64,000 bases of DNA from Nanobdellota archaeon (GTDB taxonomy: Archaea > Nanobdellota > Nanobdellia > Parvarchaeales > Parvarchaeaceae): the NCBI GenBank assembly GCA_021817165.1, contig JAKAVT010000004.1:1757-65756 (forward strand). The letters are read 5' to 3'. The position numbers and the translations under genes were made by a program. Below, piece after piece: positions 8,328-17,829 of the stretch (its first letter is position 1; the number at the start of each line of letters is the position of its first letter). The notes under the pieces were generated by a model. The model did no database searches, was not told where the DNA came from, and saw only the letters and a list, made by a program, of their open reading frames with translations.

Positions 8328-10997
8328 TTAGCTTACAATAGTAACGCCTGTGTAGCTGGATGAAGCAGTACTAAGGATTACCTTATTGCCTGTCAAGCTA
8401 ACTACTGGCTGACCTACTAATGATTCAGCAAGTGCTTCTGAAGCTTCAAGAGTGCCGCTTGAGCTGTAACCTGCAATCCAAAGTGCTGGCTGGTTGTTGA
8501 AACCGCTTACACTGTTGAACATTTCGATTACGGCTTCATTTGCGCCTACTCCCGTCAAATTGGTAAACTTTGTGCCATATACGGGCGCTGATAAGTTAAG
8601 CAATGTGTCTGCTAGAGTGTTTACTGCTGGACCACCAATTACAATTACTGGCACATTATTTGTTGCACCTGTGAAATTGCTGTCCAATATTGACAAGTCA
8701 GGGTTGCTGTTTATCAGACTACCTGCGTTTATCGTTGAAACGCCGCTTACGTTCAATAGTTCACCAGCGCTGACTGTCTGTCCGATAGTGTAGTTCTTCT
8801 GACCAGTAACAATCTCCGAACCTGCTACTGCTAAAGTATAGTTCTCAGTTGGTACGAAGAATTCTACTGAAAGTTTCTTAAATGTCGCGTAGTCACCCCA
8901 GGTATTTGCTGAGGTGTTTGTTGGCGACATCAAGTAAGTCGTTCCATTGCTGTATGCTTTAACGTTAGCTGTCTGTGTATTGCCCAATAAATCCGTAAAC
9001 TTAAGTATGGATCCATTGAAAGTCAATGTACCTATGTTTGCATTTGCAGTTGCCGCTGAAGTAACGTTTACTGAATTTTCAACTCCAGTTGAAGTAAATA
9101 TCCCACTGGCTCCCGGTACTATCGAATCACTAGCCAACGATAACGTAGCTACAGGTGCTTTAATACTTACGTTTCCAAGATAATCTGGTGCTAATGCTGT
9201 TCCTAATAGAAATCCTTTAACTGTAACATTATAGCCTCCATAAACCTTTGAAAATTCATGACCGCTATTGTACACAATCGATGTATTTGTTGGTGTAAGC
9301 GTATTAGATGCGTTGAAACTTATTATATGGGTTAAGTTTTCCGAAACAATCTTAGCTGTACCTGTACCAATAGAAACCGCTGCATACTGAAATCCTAAGT
9401 ATTCACCGTTTGGCAATCTGTAGAATACCAATCCTGGTGCAGTACCAGCAGCACTATAATTCAAAGTCGGTGTCAATGTAGGATAACTTGCTTTTACTGT
9501 TGCATTTGTTATTGCAAGTCCTAATATTCCTGCTGGTGCGGTCGAAAGTGAGTTAAATGCTACGGTAACGTTTTTATCGATGCCTGTGACTCCTGATGCA
9601 ACATCTCCAGGGTTTCCGTTAACCTTGTAAAGCAAGGTGTTATTTGCAAGTATGTTTGTCAACTTAACTGCAGTATCTCCCGCTACGAATGTAGTAGCGA
9701 ACATAATTTCGCTTGGTACGTTTACACTAGAAGAGAATAATGCACCAGTTCCCACTGCTATGTTAGGTACGTTGCTTGCAACGTCAAGAGTACTTGTAGC
9801 ATTCTTAACGGTTATGTTGTCGAAACCTGCTTTTCCAACAGTCAATGTGACATTAGCACCATCAATGTAAACTGGAACCAGCTTCTCCAAACTTATGCTT
9901 GTAAGGTTCTGTGGTAACTCAAAGTTGCTTGCTGCTGTAAAGCTGTGCGGTAGCATGAATCCTGCAGTGCTTGTAAGGAGAAATTCTCCTCCGGTTGAAG
10001 AATTGGTTGTTGTCATGTTGAATGAGCTCAAACCCGGTAAAACTGCAACGTGCGAACTTGAAAGGTTCTGTTTGTGTGCAATGCTTGATATTGTAAGCGT
10101 TTTCAAGTAACTACCTGTGGTATTTGTCAGAACACCTGGGCCTAAGTTGATTGTCACTGGTCCTATGGTCGTTTTAGTACTAAAGTTGACATACTGTGTT
10201 GCACTACCATTAACGCTTACTTCAAGCTGGTTGTATGAACTAGATGAAGTACTACCGGTAAAGGTTACCAATCCTTCTAAGTCAATTGAATTTGGACCCT
10301 GTGTTACTACCCCAGGTACCTTTATGTCTGAATATGTTTTAGTTGTACCGAACTGTGCTTGTGTGCTATTTAACAAAAGCAGTGACTCTGCAGTCTTACC
10401 AAATGTGTAGGTAACGTTTGCTGCTGTGTCAAACGATGTAAAAGGAACTATCGATAAGCCTAACTCATTTTTATTGCTATTTTTAGATCTGTTTACTATG
10501 TAGGACTGCAATTCGTAGGAACCTGCTGGAAACTCGACGTTTAAGCCGTTAAATGTAGCTGCTTTAGTAAACGTAAGATTTTCAACACTGGTATAGTTCT
10601 TTCCGCCAGATGTAAAGTTCGAAGCTATTAAGTTAACTGAAGGGCTGATTACAGCTAATCCAGTTCCATTGTTTTCAAAGACATTTACACTGTTTGCTTT
10701 TGAGCTAAGTGACAATGTTCCGATGGTTATCTGTCCGCTGACAGTTGAAGAATGAGTTGCTGCTGCAGCTGCTGTCAATGCTGCTGAAACGTCTATTGCG
10801 CCCAATACATCGGAAGGTGCTGCGTTTGCTCCTACTACGAAGACTGCGTTAACATGTCCATTGCTGACGAATGGCCCTGGTAAGCTGGATAATCCGCTTG
10901 CGAATACGCTCGCCATTCCTAATGTTGCTCCTACAAAAAGAGCTCCTGTTGCTACTGCTGCTAATTTTTTTACATTCCTTACTAATTTCGCTTTCAT
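8328..10997 (-). CDS. S-layer protein (Methanococcus/Thermococcus-type N- and C-terminal domains)
   Basis: Signal VKKLAAVATGALFVGATLG, P.PFV.NG, VVGANAAPSDV, C-terminal VIVIGGPAVN and LWIAGY; very rich in S/T/N/G with many sequons. Confidence 0.9.
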   Translation of the reverse strand: MKAKLVRNVKKLAAVATGALFVGATLGMASVFASGLSSLPGPFVSNGHVNAVFVVGANAAPSDVLGAIDVSAALTAAAAATHSSTVSGQITIGTLSLSSKANSVNVFENNGTGLAVISPSVNLIASNFTSGGKNYTSVENLTFTKAATFNGLNVEFPAGSYELQSYIVNRSKNSNKNELGLSIVPFTSFDTAANVTYTFGKTAESLLLLNSTQAQFGTTKTYSDIKVPGVVTQGPNSIDLEGLVTFTGSTSSSSYNQLEVSVNGSATQYVNFSTKTTIGPVTINLGPGVLTNTTGSYLKTLTISSIAHKQNLSSSHVAVLPGLSSFNMTTTNSSTGGEFLLTSTAGFMLPHSFTAASNFELPQNLTSISLEKLVPVYIDGANVTLTVGKAGFDNITVKNATSTLDVASNVPNIAVGTGALFSSSVNVPSEIMFATTFVAGDTAVKLTNILANNTLLYKVNGNPGDVASGVTGIDKNVTVAFNSLSTAPAGILGLAITNATVKASYPTLTPTLNYSAAGTAPGLVFYRLPNGEYLGFQYAAVSIGTGTAKIVSENLTHIISFNASNTLTPTNTSIVYNSGHEFSKVYGGYNVTVKGFLLGTALAPDYLGNVSIKAPVATLSLASDSIVPGASGIFTSTGVENSVNVTSAATANANIGTLTFNGSILKFTDLLGNTQTANVKAYSNGTTYLMSPTNTSANTWGDYATFKKLSVEFFVPTENYTLAVAGSEIVTGQKNYTIGQTVSAGELLNVSGVSTINAGSLINSNPDLSILDSNFTGATNNVPVIVIGGPAVNTLADTLLNLSAPVYGTKFTNLTGVGANEAVIEMFNSVSGFNNQPALWIAGYSSSGTLEASEALAESLVGQPVVSLTGNKVILSTASSSYTGVTIVS

Positions 10998-11090
10998 GTT
11001 TACCTCACATTTTACTCGGACTTAACTTATTTTAAGTGTCTAAGGCTTAGATGCCTTAACGATTTAACAAATTAGGTATTTAAAAAGGTT
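10998..11090 (-). promoter_or_regulatory. S-layer promoter and leadered 5' UTR (TATA, hairpin, SD)
   Basis: TTTAAATA at 11077-11084 (minus), TAAGGC/GCCTTA hairpin at 11041-11058, SD GTGAGGT at 11002-11008. Confidence 0.65.
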
Positions 11091-11194
11091 TCTATTTTCA
11101 TTCTTTACCAATATTGAGTGAAAAATACTTTGTTATTGCATTTTCCTCCTTACTGCTTATGATTATTTGGATATGAGTTTAAAATAGAAAGGTT

Positions 11195-11620
11195 TTACTT
11201 TTTCTCTATTTTCTTTTTTAATTCCTCTAATTGCTGTGACAGTAAGATTGTCTGGCCGGAGAATATCTTAAGTCTTTGATCCAGTTCATTCATCCTCCCT
11301 GAAAGGTCATTCAATAATGCTTGTAAATCGGTTATTGAAAGCTTTGCATCCTTTGTAGTCAAAACCTCTATCGAAGAAGGCGCATAATCCATGACAAAGC
11401 CGAATAAGTCTACAACACTGCCTTTGATCTTAAAGTCTGCAAACGAGGAATAGAATCCATCTTTTATCTCCTTCGGCTCGGCGTAGCTTTCATCCTTTAT
11501 TTCTAATTTCTTCCCGTTTTCTTCAATGTTTGAAAGTATTTTCTTTAATGAATCCATTACTGCTTCCTTTGGCTTTCCCATCAATTCTATCGTGCATTTC
11601 AATTCTATCTCTTCTTCCAT
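11195..11620 (-). CDS. Conserved archaeal hypothetical protein with C-terminal coiled coil
   Basis: IELMGKPKE...YSSFADF...DYAPSSIEV pattern, recalled from an uncharacterised archaeal family. Confidence 0.75.
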   Translation of the reverse strand: MEEEIELKCTIELMGKPKEAVMDSLKKILSNIEENGKKLEIKDESYAEPKEIKDGFYSSFADFKIKGSVVDLFGFVMDYAPSSIEVLTTKDAKLSITDLQALLNDLSGRMNELDQRLKIFSGQTILLSQQLEELKKKIEKK

Positions 11621-11840
11621 TTCTTATTTTAAATTAGCAAGGTATTTAACATTTTTACTTGCATTTTTTTAACGTTAATAATGGACTGAGAGATAATTCC
11701 TTAAATCAAGAATAAAACGCCTTTCATCGGCAGAAAACTTCATAATTGTAATTAAGAAATTTAACATCCTTTCATCTCCAAAGAATGGAGCTTATCCTCT
11801 GATATGATAAATTTTTATAAATGGAATTCCAGATTATAGC

Positions 11841-12398
11841 ATGGATGAAGATAAAATAGAGGCTCTTTTCAGGGAAGTTTTAAAGGAGATAGGGATAGAG
11901 GAAAACACTGAAGTATTAAAGAATACGCCGAAAAGGATCGCTAGAGCGTATAAAGAGATATTTACGGGGATGGACGACGGCAACGAGCCGAAAATAACCC
12001 TGTTTGAAAACCCTGGTTACAATGACATTCTGTCTGTAAAAGATATACCTTTCTATTCGATGTGCGAGCATCATCTTCTGCCTTTCTTCGGAACGGTTTC
12101 AATAGCTTACATCCCTGGGAAGAATATCCTAGGGCTGTCGAAATTTCCTAGGATAACAAGGTTCTTCGCAGCTAAGCCGCAGGTGCAGGAAAGGCTTACC
12201 AAGGAAATAGCGGATTTCATCAGCGAAAAGGTGAAAGCCAAGGGCGTTTTGGTCATAATAAAGGCAAGGCACATGTGCATGGAGATGCGCGGGATAAAAT
12301 CAAGGACCGCTGAGACAAGAAGTAGCGCCGTCCGTGGAGTATTCAAGGAAAGCAATGAAACTAGAGCGGAAGCCCTAAAGTTGTTACTGGAGGATTAG
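11841..12398 (+). CDS. folE: GTP cyclohydrolase I (type IA)
   Basis: TPKRIA, FYSMCEHHLLPF, GLSK, QVQERLT, HMCMEMRG. Confidence 0.96.
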   Translation: MDEDKIEALFREVLKEIGIEENTEVLKNTPKRIARAYKEIFTGMDDGNEPKITLFENPGYNDILSVKDIPFYSMCEHHLLPFFGTVSIAYIPGKNILGLSKFPRITRFFAAKPQVQERLTKEIADFISEKVKAKGVLVIIKARHMCMEMRGIKSRTAETRSSAVRGVFKESNETRAEALKLLLED

Positions 12399-12914
12399 AT
12401 GTCAGTAATTATAGCGATTTACATGCATATCACACCCAACGGAATGATTGCCAGGTTGGATAACGGCGATTTTTCCTCTAAACTGGCAAGAACAGATTTC
12501 CTTAAAACCATCAAAAAATACAAGGTAAACGTGATAGGAAGGAATACTTTTAATGTTGCATCAAAAAGCAGCGGTTTCCCATTGGGAGGACTGAACATCA
12601 TTGTAAGCAGGCACAAAATAAGAACAAAAAAAGAATGGAAAAATGTCATCGTGACGGACAAAAACCCCAAAGAAATAATCAAAATCATAGAGAGCAACGG
12701 ATACAAAAGTGCAATGGTGGCCGGCGGCGCTTTGGCTACAAGCTTCCTGAAAGAGGGCTTGGTAAACGAGCTTTACCTTAACGTTGAGCCGATCGTTTTC
12801 GGTAAGGGTATACCGCTATTTTCAAGCGAAAACTTTGAGAAGAAGCTAAAACTGCTGCAAGTAAAGAAATTTTCTGAGAATGAAGTAAGGCTGCATTACA
12901 AGGTTTTAAATTAG
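12399..12914 (+). CDS. Dihydrofolate reductase/RibD C-terminal-like protein
   Basis: NGMIA, VIGRNTF, VAGGALATSFLKEGLVNEL, PIVFGKGIPLF, LHY; directly abuts folE. Confidence 0.82.
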   Translation: MSVIIAIYMHITPNGMIARLDNGDFSSKLARTDFLKTIKKYKVNVIGRNTFNVASKSSGFPLGGLNIIVSRHKIRTKKEWKNVIVTDKNPKEIIKIIESNGYKSAMVAGGALATSFLKEGLVNELYLNVEPIVFGKGIPLFSSENFEKKLKLLQVKKFSENEVRLHYKVLN

Positions 12915-13015
12915 ACGAACTGATACTGATATAAAATGCTCTACCCTATCATTGTAGATTGCATTTTACTTCAAAACGGGTATTCCGCACCAAAATTAAA
13001 CGTAGACTTTTGTTC

Positions 13016-14479
13016 TTAACTATAGGTATACAAGAAAGCATTTTTACCGTTCGCTGCTAAACCCGGTATGAAAAATTCATAGCCGTTCCATGCTAAGCCT
13101 TCTCCAGGTACTCCGCCGATATTGCCAGATGTATTGTATATATTAGTGTAATTATTAGTAATTGGGTTAAACAAACTAGTAGTAAATCCGCCACCTATTG
13201 CATTCACTACAAGGAATTTAGCGCCGTCCCAAGCTATGCCCCCATTGCCCCAATTTGACAAACCTGTTAAATTGTCCAATTTAAAGCTATTATTAGCGGG
13301 GTTATATAATACTACACTAGCGCTAGAACCATGATAACTAAGAGAAGTAGGTGCATTATTATTTGCTTCTAGTATCCCATACTCAGATCCATCCCATGCA
13401 ACGCTAAGAAAGGCATTGTTATGTGATATATTTGATATGTAAGAAGTTAAACTGATTAAGCCACTTTTTTGACTATATGAAAATAATGCTGCCGATACTG
13501 GTCCTTGTGTTGTTGTATTTGGATAATACCCTGCAATTAAATAAGATACACCGTCATAAGCCATTCCCGAAGGGATAAAGTCACTACCAGACAATGCAGA
13601 TGTGAGATTTACAAACTTCCCGTTGATATATTCTATCAGGCCTGTCTTATAACCTGTAGAGGTATTATTAGATGGAGTAGCATAAGCTATCATAAAATCA
13701 TCCGGCCCTGCTACTGATGACACTACTACCCAAGGTTTATAGGAATACAACTCTGAAGAAAGATCTATTAAATTTTTAGAAACTGGATTGTACAATGCTA
13801 CAATTGGGTATCCAGTAAAATTACCTCCTGTCATTAGAACATCCGATCCATTCCATGAAGCGGAAAGTAATATTGAGTACCTAGTAAAACTAGATGCATT
13901 AGTGGTATTAAAACTGGATGGGAATGTTGTTAAATTGGCAAGGGTAGTGGGTAAAAACTCGTTATCTAACTGATATAAAGTACTATTCAATGATGAGACC
14001 GTACTGCTCAGAGATGATATTAAACTATTTTTATGAGGGATCACATAGGACAAGAGATAGCTATTGTTTAGCCTATAAAGTTGGGCCGTCTGATTAAATG
14101 CCTGCAAAGAAGAGTTAAGAGACGCTATCTCTGCAATATAGTTAGCTGCCCCATTCTGTAAGCTGCTTGCTTCTGCTTCTGCGGCAGAAAGTTTACCCTG
14201 CAAATCAACAACCTCGCTTTTATAATTTGACAGCGTATTGTTTGTTGCATTCAAACTAGAAGAAAGTGATTTAACGCTTTGAACCAGAGTAGAAACCTTG
14301 TTATTTAAAGAATTCTGAACAGTCTTGTAGGTATTTATCACAGCATTACCAGATGAAACCTGCCCATTAGCGAAAGTGTACTTTGAAGCAACCAAACCTA
14401 TTACTATAATCAAAAAAGTGACTGCCAATGCTGTAGCAGCATAATGATGTTTTATATGAACATGTTTTTGCGGTTGCAT
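13016..14479 (-). CDS. Surface protein: TM anchor, coiled-coil stalk, C-terminal beta-propeller-like repeats
   Basis: N-terminal TM, heptad region, repeated blades SWNGSDVL, AYDGVSYL, AWDGSEYG, AWDGAKFL, AWNGYEFF. Confidence 0.7.
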   Translation of the reverse strand: MQPQKHVHIKHHYAATALAVTFLIIVIGLVASKYTFANGQVSSGNAVINTYKTVQNSLNNKVSTLVQSVKSLSSSLNATNNTLSNYKSEVVDLQGKLSAAEAEASSLQNGAANYIAEIASLNSSLQAFNQTAQLYRLNNSYLLSYVIPHKNSLISSLSSTVSSLNSTLYQLDNEFLPTTLANLTTFPSSFNTTNASSFTRYSILLSASWNGSDVLMTGGNFTGYPIVALYNPVSKNLIDLSSELYSYKPWVVVSSVAGPDDFMIAYATPSNNTSTGYKTGLIEYINGKFVNLTSALSGSDFIPSGMAYDGVSYLIAGYYPNTTTQGPVSAALFSYSQKSGLISLTSYISNISHNNAFLSVAWDGSEYGILEANNNAPTSLSYHGSSASVVLYNPANNSFKLDNLTGLSNWGNGGIAWDGAKFLVVNAIGGGFTTSLFNPITNNYTNIYNTSGNIGGVPGEGLAWNGYEFFIPGLAANGKNAFLYTYS

Positions 14480-14697
14480 CTTAATTTAAGAATTAATGTA
14501 GTATATAAATGTTTATATTTTATTTGCCACCTGAATGGGGTAGTAAAAATAAAAAATATACATTGCACACTTCATAATAATAAATTGGATGATGCACATC
14601 AAAGAACAACATAAATTATCCAGATATTGCACTTCTTACAGGATTAGCACAGGTTAAAACAGATTACAAACATCAAAAGCATTAACATAATTAAAAA

Positions 14698-14768
14698 TGC
14701 GCCAACCGGGATTCGCACCCGGGTCGCTGGCTTGGGAAGCCAGAGTTATGCTGCTAGACTATTGGCGC
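14698..14768 (-). tRNA. tRNA-Gly(CCC)
   Basis: GCGCCAA/TTGGCGC acceptor stem, CTGGC-TTCCCAA-GCCAG anticodon arm, CCGGG-TGCGAAT-CCCGG T arm; CCA not encoded. Confidence 0.93.
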
Positions 14769-14827
14769 GTATAACCTTAATGGCATATAAACTATAATTT
14801 GTAATAAAGAATTAAATATTATACTTT

Positions 14828-14986
14828 CTAGGCTTTTAATGGAAGGATCCTTTCGGAAAGCCATGTTAAACTTCTTTTTATTGGAAGACCTGAAACAAAA
14901 AGGGTTATTTGCATGGCTATGAATAACACTGCAAAACCGATTAAAAGCATGTTCGCAAACCCATTAATTTTCTCCGTCAAATACAT
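14828..14986 (-). CDS. Small single-TM protein (52 aa)
   Basis: Below the ORF track cutoff. MYLTEKINGFANMLLIGFAVLFIAMQITLFVSGLPIKRSLTWLSERILPLKA*, with TTTTAAT about 25 nt upstream. Confidence 0.5.
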   Translation of the reverse strand: MYLTEKINGFANMLLIGFAVLFIAMQITLFVSGLPIKRSLTWLSERILPLKA

Positions 14987-15061
14987 GCTAATTGATAGCA
15001 GATGGGGATTAAAAGCTTAAAATCTTAAAACTTTTATATACAGGTATAATTTACTATTATT

Positions 15062-15571
15062 ATGGCACTTTTCAAAAAGAAAAAAGAAGAACCTGTAAAT
15101 CCATATTATAAGGAAAGCAACCTCAAGCCGGTTGCTTCTGAAAACGCTGCTCAAAATGCCAATACTGCTAACATGGCCGCTGAAAACGCTAAAAACGGCC
15201 AGCAGATGCAGATAAACCCGCAGCCACCGAAACAAGGCTATTCAATTCCGCTTATACCTATGCCTAACGTGAAGGTGCCGGACATAAATCTGCAGCCAGT
15301 AAGATCCGCTGGAATAAGCGTACTTGATGCATTGAGGATGGAATCGAACAGCAAATCCATAGCATTCATAAAAATGAGCGACTTCAAAAAAGTACTAGAT
15401 GACATCAAAGAATTGGAAAAGAGAATAACGCAGTCGCAGGCCGACTTGGAAAATTATTCTAGAGCATTGGATACTCAAAGAGATTACGTAAAGAATTACA
15501 ATCTACTTATACAGGACATGAGAAAAATGATTGAAAGGATGTCAACATATCTTTCAAACGTAGAGGAATAA
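15062..15571 (+). CDS. Hypothetical protein: low-complexity N-terminus plus C-terminal coiled coil
   Basis: MALFKKKK start, Pro/Gln/Asn-rich linker, AFIKMSDFKKVLDDIKELEKRI heptads. Confidence 0.75.
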   Translation: MALFKKKKEEPVNPYYKESNLKPVASENAAQNANTANMAAENAKNGQQMQINPQPPKQGYSIPLIPMPNVKVPDINLQPVRSAGISVLDALRMESNSKSIAFIKMSDFKKVLDDIKELEKRITQSQADLENYSRALDTQRDYVKNYNLLIQDMRKMIERMSTYLSNVEE

Positions 15572-15572
15572 A

Positions 15573-15908
15573 TTGACAAAGGAAGAAATAGACATTGACC
15601 TTTTCAGAAAGCTTGACTTAAAAGTCGGAAAGATAGTGGAGGCAGAGGACGTAGAAAAAAGCAACAAGCTCATAAAGCTGAAGGTTTCTTTGGGTGGCAG
15701 GGAAAAGACGATTCTCAGCGGGATACGGAAAGCTTACAAAAGCAGGGACCTCGTCGGAAAGAAGGTAATACTGATTGATAATTTAAAGCCTGCGATGATT
15801 ATGGGCTTAGAATCCCAAGGCATGCTGTTGGCTGCTTCCGATGAAGAAGGAAACCTTTCACTGTTGACAGTAGACAAGGACATTAAAGAAGGCAGTTCTA
15901 TATCCTAG
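15573..15908 (+). CDS. Stand-alone tRNA-binding OB-fold (MetRS C-terminal/Trbp111-like)
   Basis: DLKVGKIVEAE, KLIKLKV, ILSGI, NLKPAMIMGLESQGMLLA. Confidence 0.9.
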   Translation: MTKEEIDIDLFRKLDLKVGKIVEAEDVEKSNKLIKLKVSLGGREKTILSGIRKAYKSRDLVGKKVILIDNLKPAMIMGLESQGMLLAASDEEGNLSLLTVDKDIKEGSSIS

Positions 15909-17671
15909 GCAAAACCCTTTTCCCTTATTATCTTTATGGGATCTCTGTCCACTGCAATGGTATCGCTTGGCAGATATTTTTTGAAAACCGGGGTATCATA
16001 CCTGGAATCCATCAAAACGATGGCGCACTTGTCGTTCTTTGACCTTATGCCCCTGCCGGCAGCCTGCATGACCTTTATCATCGTTGGAAGGACCTGCGCA
16101 TATTCAAAGCCGCTGCCCATCTTCTTGTCATAGTATATCTGCATCGCCTTCAGTTTTATAGAAGGCGGCTCGAAAGGAACGCCGACTATCCCTATAAGCT
16201 TTATCATGTTGTTCTTTATGCCTATGCTTTCCGAGAAATTCCCGTTCATTACCGCAAACAGTACTGAGCTTGAAAAGGACAACTTTTCCATTATCTCGTT
16301 TTTCCTCTCCCTTTCCATGCTTTGCTCTTCTTTTATTATCCTTCCTTTTTCCTTTGCTAGCGGATAAATTCTGTCCATAAAGTAGTAGGAGGGAAAGAAA
16401 AATATCATGTTGTACTTCGCCTTCTCCATCATTTCGTTTATGGAATCCGCTATCCTGGAGTACTGCTCTTCCCTTGAAGAAAACCTAGACGTGACTTCCT
16501 TGTCTATTATTATCAAACGGTTATCGTTTGCGGAATCGCCGTCTACTTCGAGGCTTTCATGTCCCTTTAATCCTAAAAGATTCGCGAACATGTCCATCGG
16601 CCGGAACGTTCCGCTCATTAGTATGGTGGAATAAAATGAGTCTATTACTCCCTGCGAATAATCTGCCGGATCCAACGAATTGACGTTTATCCTTCTCCCC
16701 TTTTCATCTATAGAGATATATATTATGTCATCATCTTTTGCGGAAAGGAGCTTTTCCGTGAAGTTCTTCAGCATGAATGCCGCCGGAATGTTGTAGCCTT
16801 TTTCGTGGAATTTCACTATGTCTTCCATCTTTTCCAGATCCGCTTCATTGAATATCCCCCTTATGTCCACCGCATTTTCCCTTGTAACCTTCCTTATCTC
16901 CGCTACTATTTTGTCTATCTTTACAGCTATGTCATTGTAGCCTGCGAGATTTGCTTCCGAGTACGCCTTCTCCAGGTTCCTCTGCGATATCGAAAACGAG
17001 TTCATGTCCAGTATCTTTGCCGGCAGATTATGGGCTTCATCCACTATTAATATGGTATTCCCCGGGTCTATCCCCGTTCTTATGGTAAATCCGAGGGCTA
17101 TGCTTGGATCGAAGGCATGCGAGTAGTTTGCAACGACTACTGTAGACTGCTTTGCATTAAGCAGGGAAAGCTCATATGGACACAATTCAAACGCTCTTGC
17201 GGTTTCCATCACGCTCTTCGGATCAGATATTTTCTCGGATAATGCTTCGATTACTGCGGGCTTGACGTCCTTGTTCTTTGTAAACGTATTGCTATAGAAA
17301 TCGCACATGTTCTGCTCCCTTACCGCCCTGCAGAACTCTATGAACAAAGATGGTTCAACGCTGTTCTCGAACAGGCACATCGACCTTTTTCCGTTTATTC
17401 CAGCAAAACCTATCTTTTCGGATGAAGAGTCGTTTATCCTCCTCAAAGTATCGTATACTATGTTCTGATGCGTGTGCTTTGCCGTAAGGAACAAAACCTT
17501 GAGGTTGTGTTCCTTTGCCGCATTTACTGCAGCATAAAGAACCGCTGCAGTTTTTCCCATTCCGGTTGAAGCCTGTATTATCAGCTTTCCCCTTTCCTTT
17601 ACGGTTTTTCCGACTGCCTCTACTATTTCTCTCTGCCCGCTTCTCATCGATTTGAAAGGAAATGAAATCAT
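15905..17671 (-). CDS. xpd: XPD/Rad3-family Fe-S DNA helicase
   Basis: Q motif RSGQ, ASTGMGKT, four Cys of the Fe-S domain (...CPYE), IVDEAHN, MSGT, FFPSY, QAAGRGIR, MDSRY. Confidence 0.9.
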   Translation of the reverse strand: MISFPFKSMRSGQREIVEAVGKTVKERGKLIIQASTGMGKTAAVLYAAVNAAKEHNLKVLFLTAKHTHQNIVYDTLRRINDSSSEKIGFAGINGKRSMCLFENSVEPSLFIEFCRAVREQNMCDFYSNTFTKNKDVKPAVIEALSEKISDPKSVMETARAFELCPYELSLLNAKQSTVVVANYSHAFDPSIALGFTIRTGIDPGNTILIVDEAHNLPAKILDMNSFSISQRNLEKAYSEANLAGYNDIAVKIDKIVAEIRKVTRENAVDIRGIFNEADLEKMEDIVKFHEKGYNIPAAFMLKNFTEKLLSAKDDDIIYISIDEKGRRINVNSLDPADYSQGVIDSFYSTILMSGTFRPMDMFANLLGLKGHESLEVDGDSANDNRLIIIDKEVTSRFSSREEQYSRIADSINEMMEKAKYNMIFFFPSYYFMDRIYPLAKEKGRIIKEEQSMERERKNEIMEKLSFSSSVLFAVMNGNFSESIGIKNNMIKLIGIVGVPFEPPSIKLKAMQIYYDKKMGSGFEYAQVLPTMIKVMQAAGRGIRSKNDKCAIVLMDSRYDTPVFKKYLPSDTIAVDRDPIKIIREKGFA

Positions 17672-17829
17672 AATCTTTTAATTTGCTTCAAGGTTAATTA
17701 ACATTCCCTTGACAATTTATCTAATAAAAGCACTTCAAATTTAGCCGCTTGCGGTTCAAAAGTCTATAAACGGACTTTGAATTAAACCTTGTCATTTGTA
17801 AATATTGAATAAAATACAGAAATGCGCTT

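Noticed and set aside
8494..10410. Series of + strand ORFs opposite the S-layer gene, and similar short antisense ORFs elsewhere (305-1051, 54156-54644, 56091-57035)
   Set aside because: Antisense shadows of real genes caused by codon bias; no motifs or promoters.
11621..11840. Riboswitch upstream of folE
   Set aside because: Only a 5-bp hairpin (CTCCA/TGGAG) and a 9-nt repeat (CCTTTCATC). A TATA about 25 nt before the ATG suggests a leaderless mRNA.
14520..14690. Possible tyrosine integrase C-terminal remnant next to tRNA-Gly (NYPDIALLTGLAQVKTDY)
   Set aside because: No HxxR or GH catalytic residues, multiple stops, and the similarity is too weak.
14769..14810. Nanoarchaeum-style leaderless tRNA transcription (no RNase P)
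   Set aside because: TATA-like boxes of the Lys, Cys and Ser tRNAs lie about 32-44 nt upstream, implying leaders, and spacing is not fixed.
17672..17829. Hairpins between the secreted protein gene and xpd
   Set aside because: Short imperfect stems, adequately explained as a terminator or chance in AT-rich DNA.
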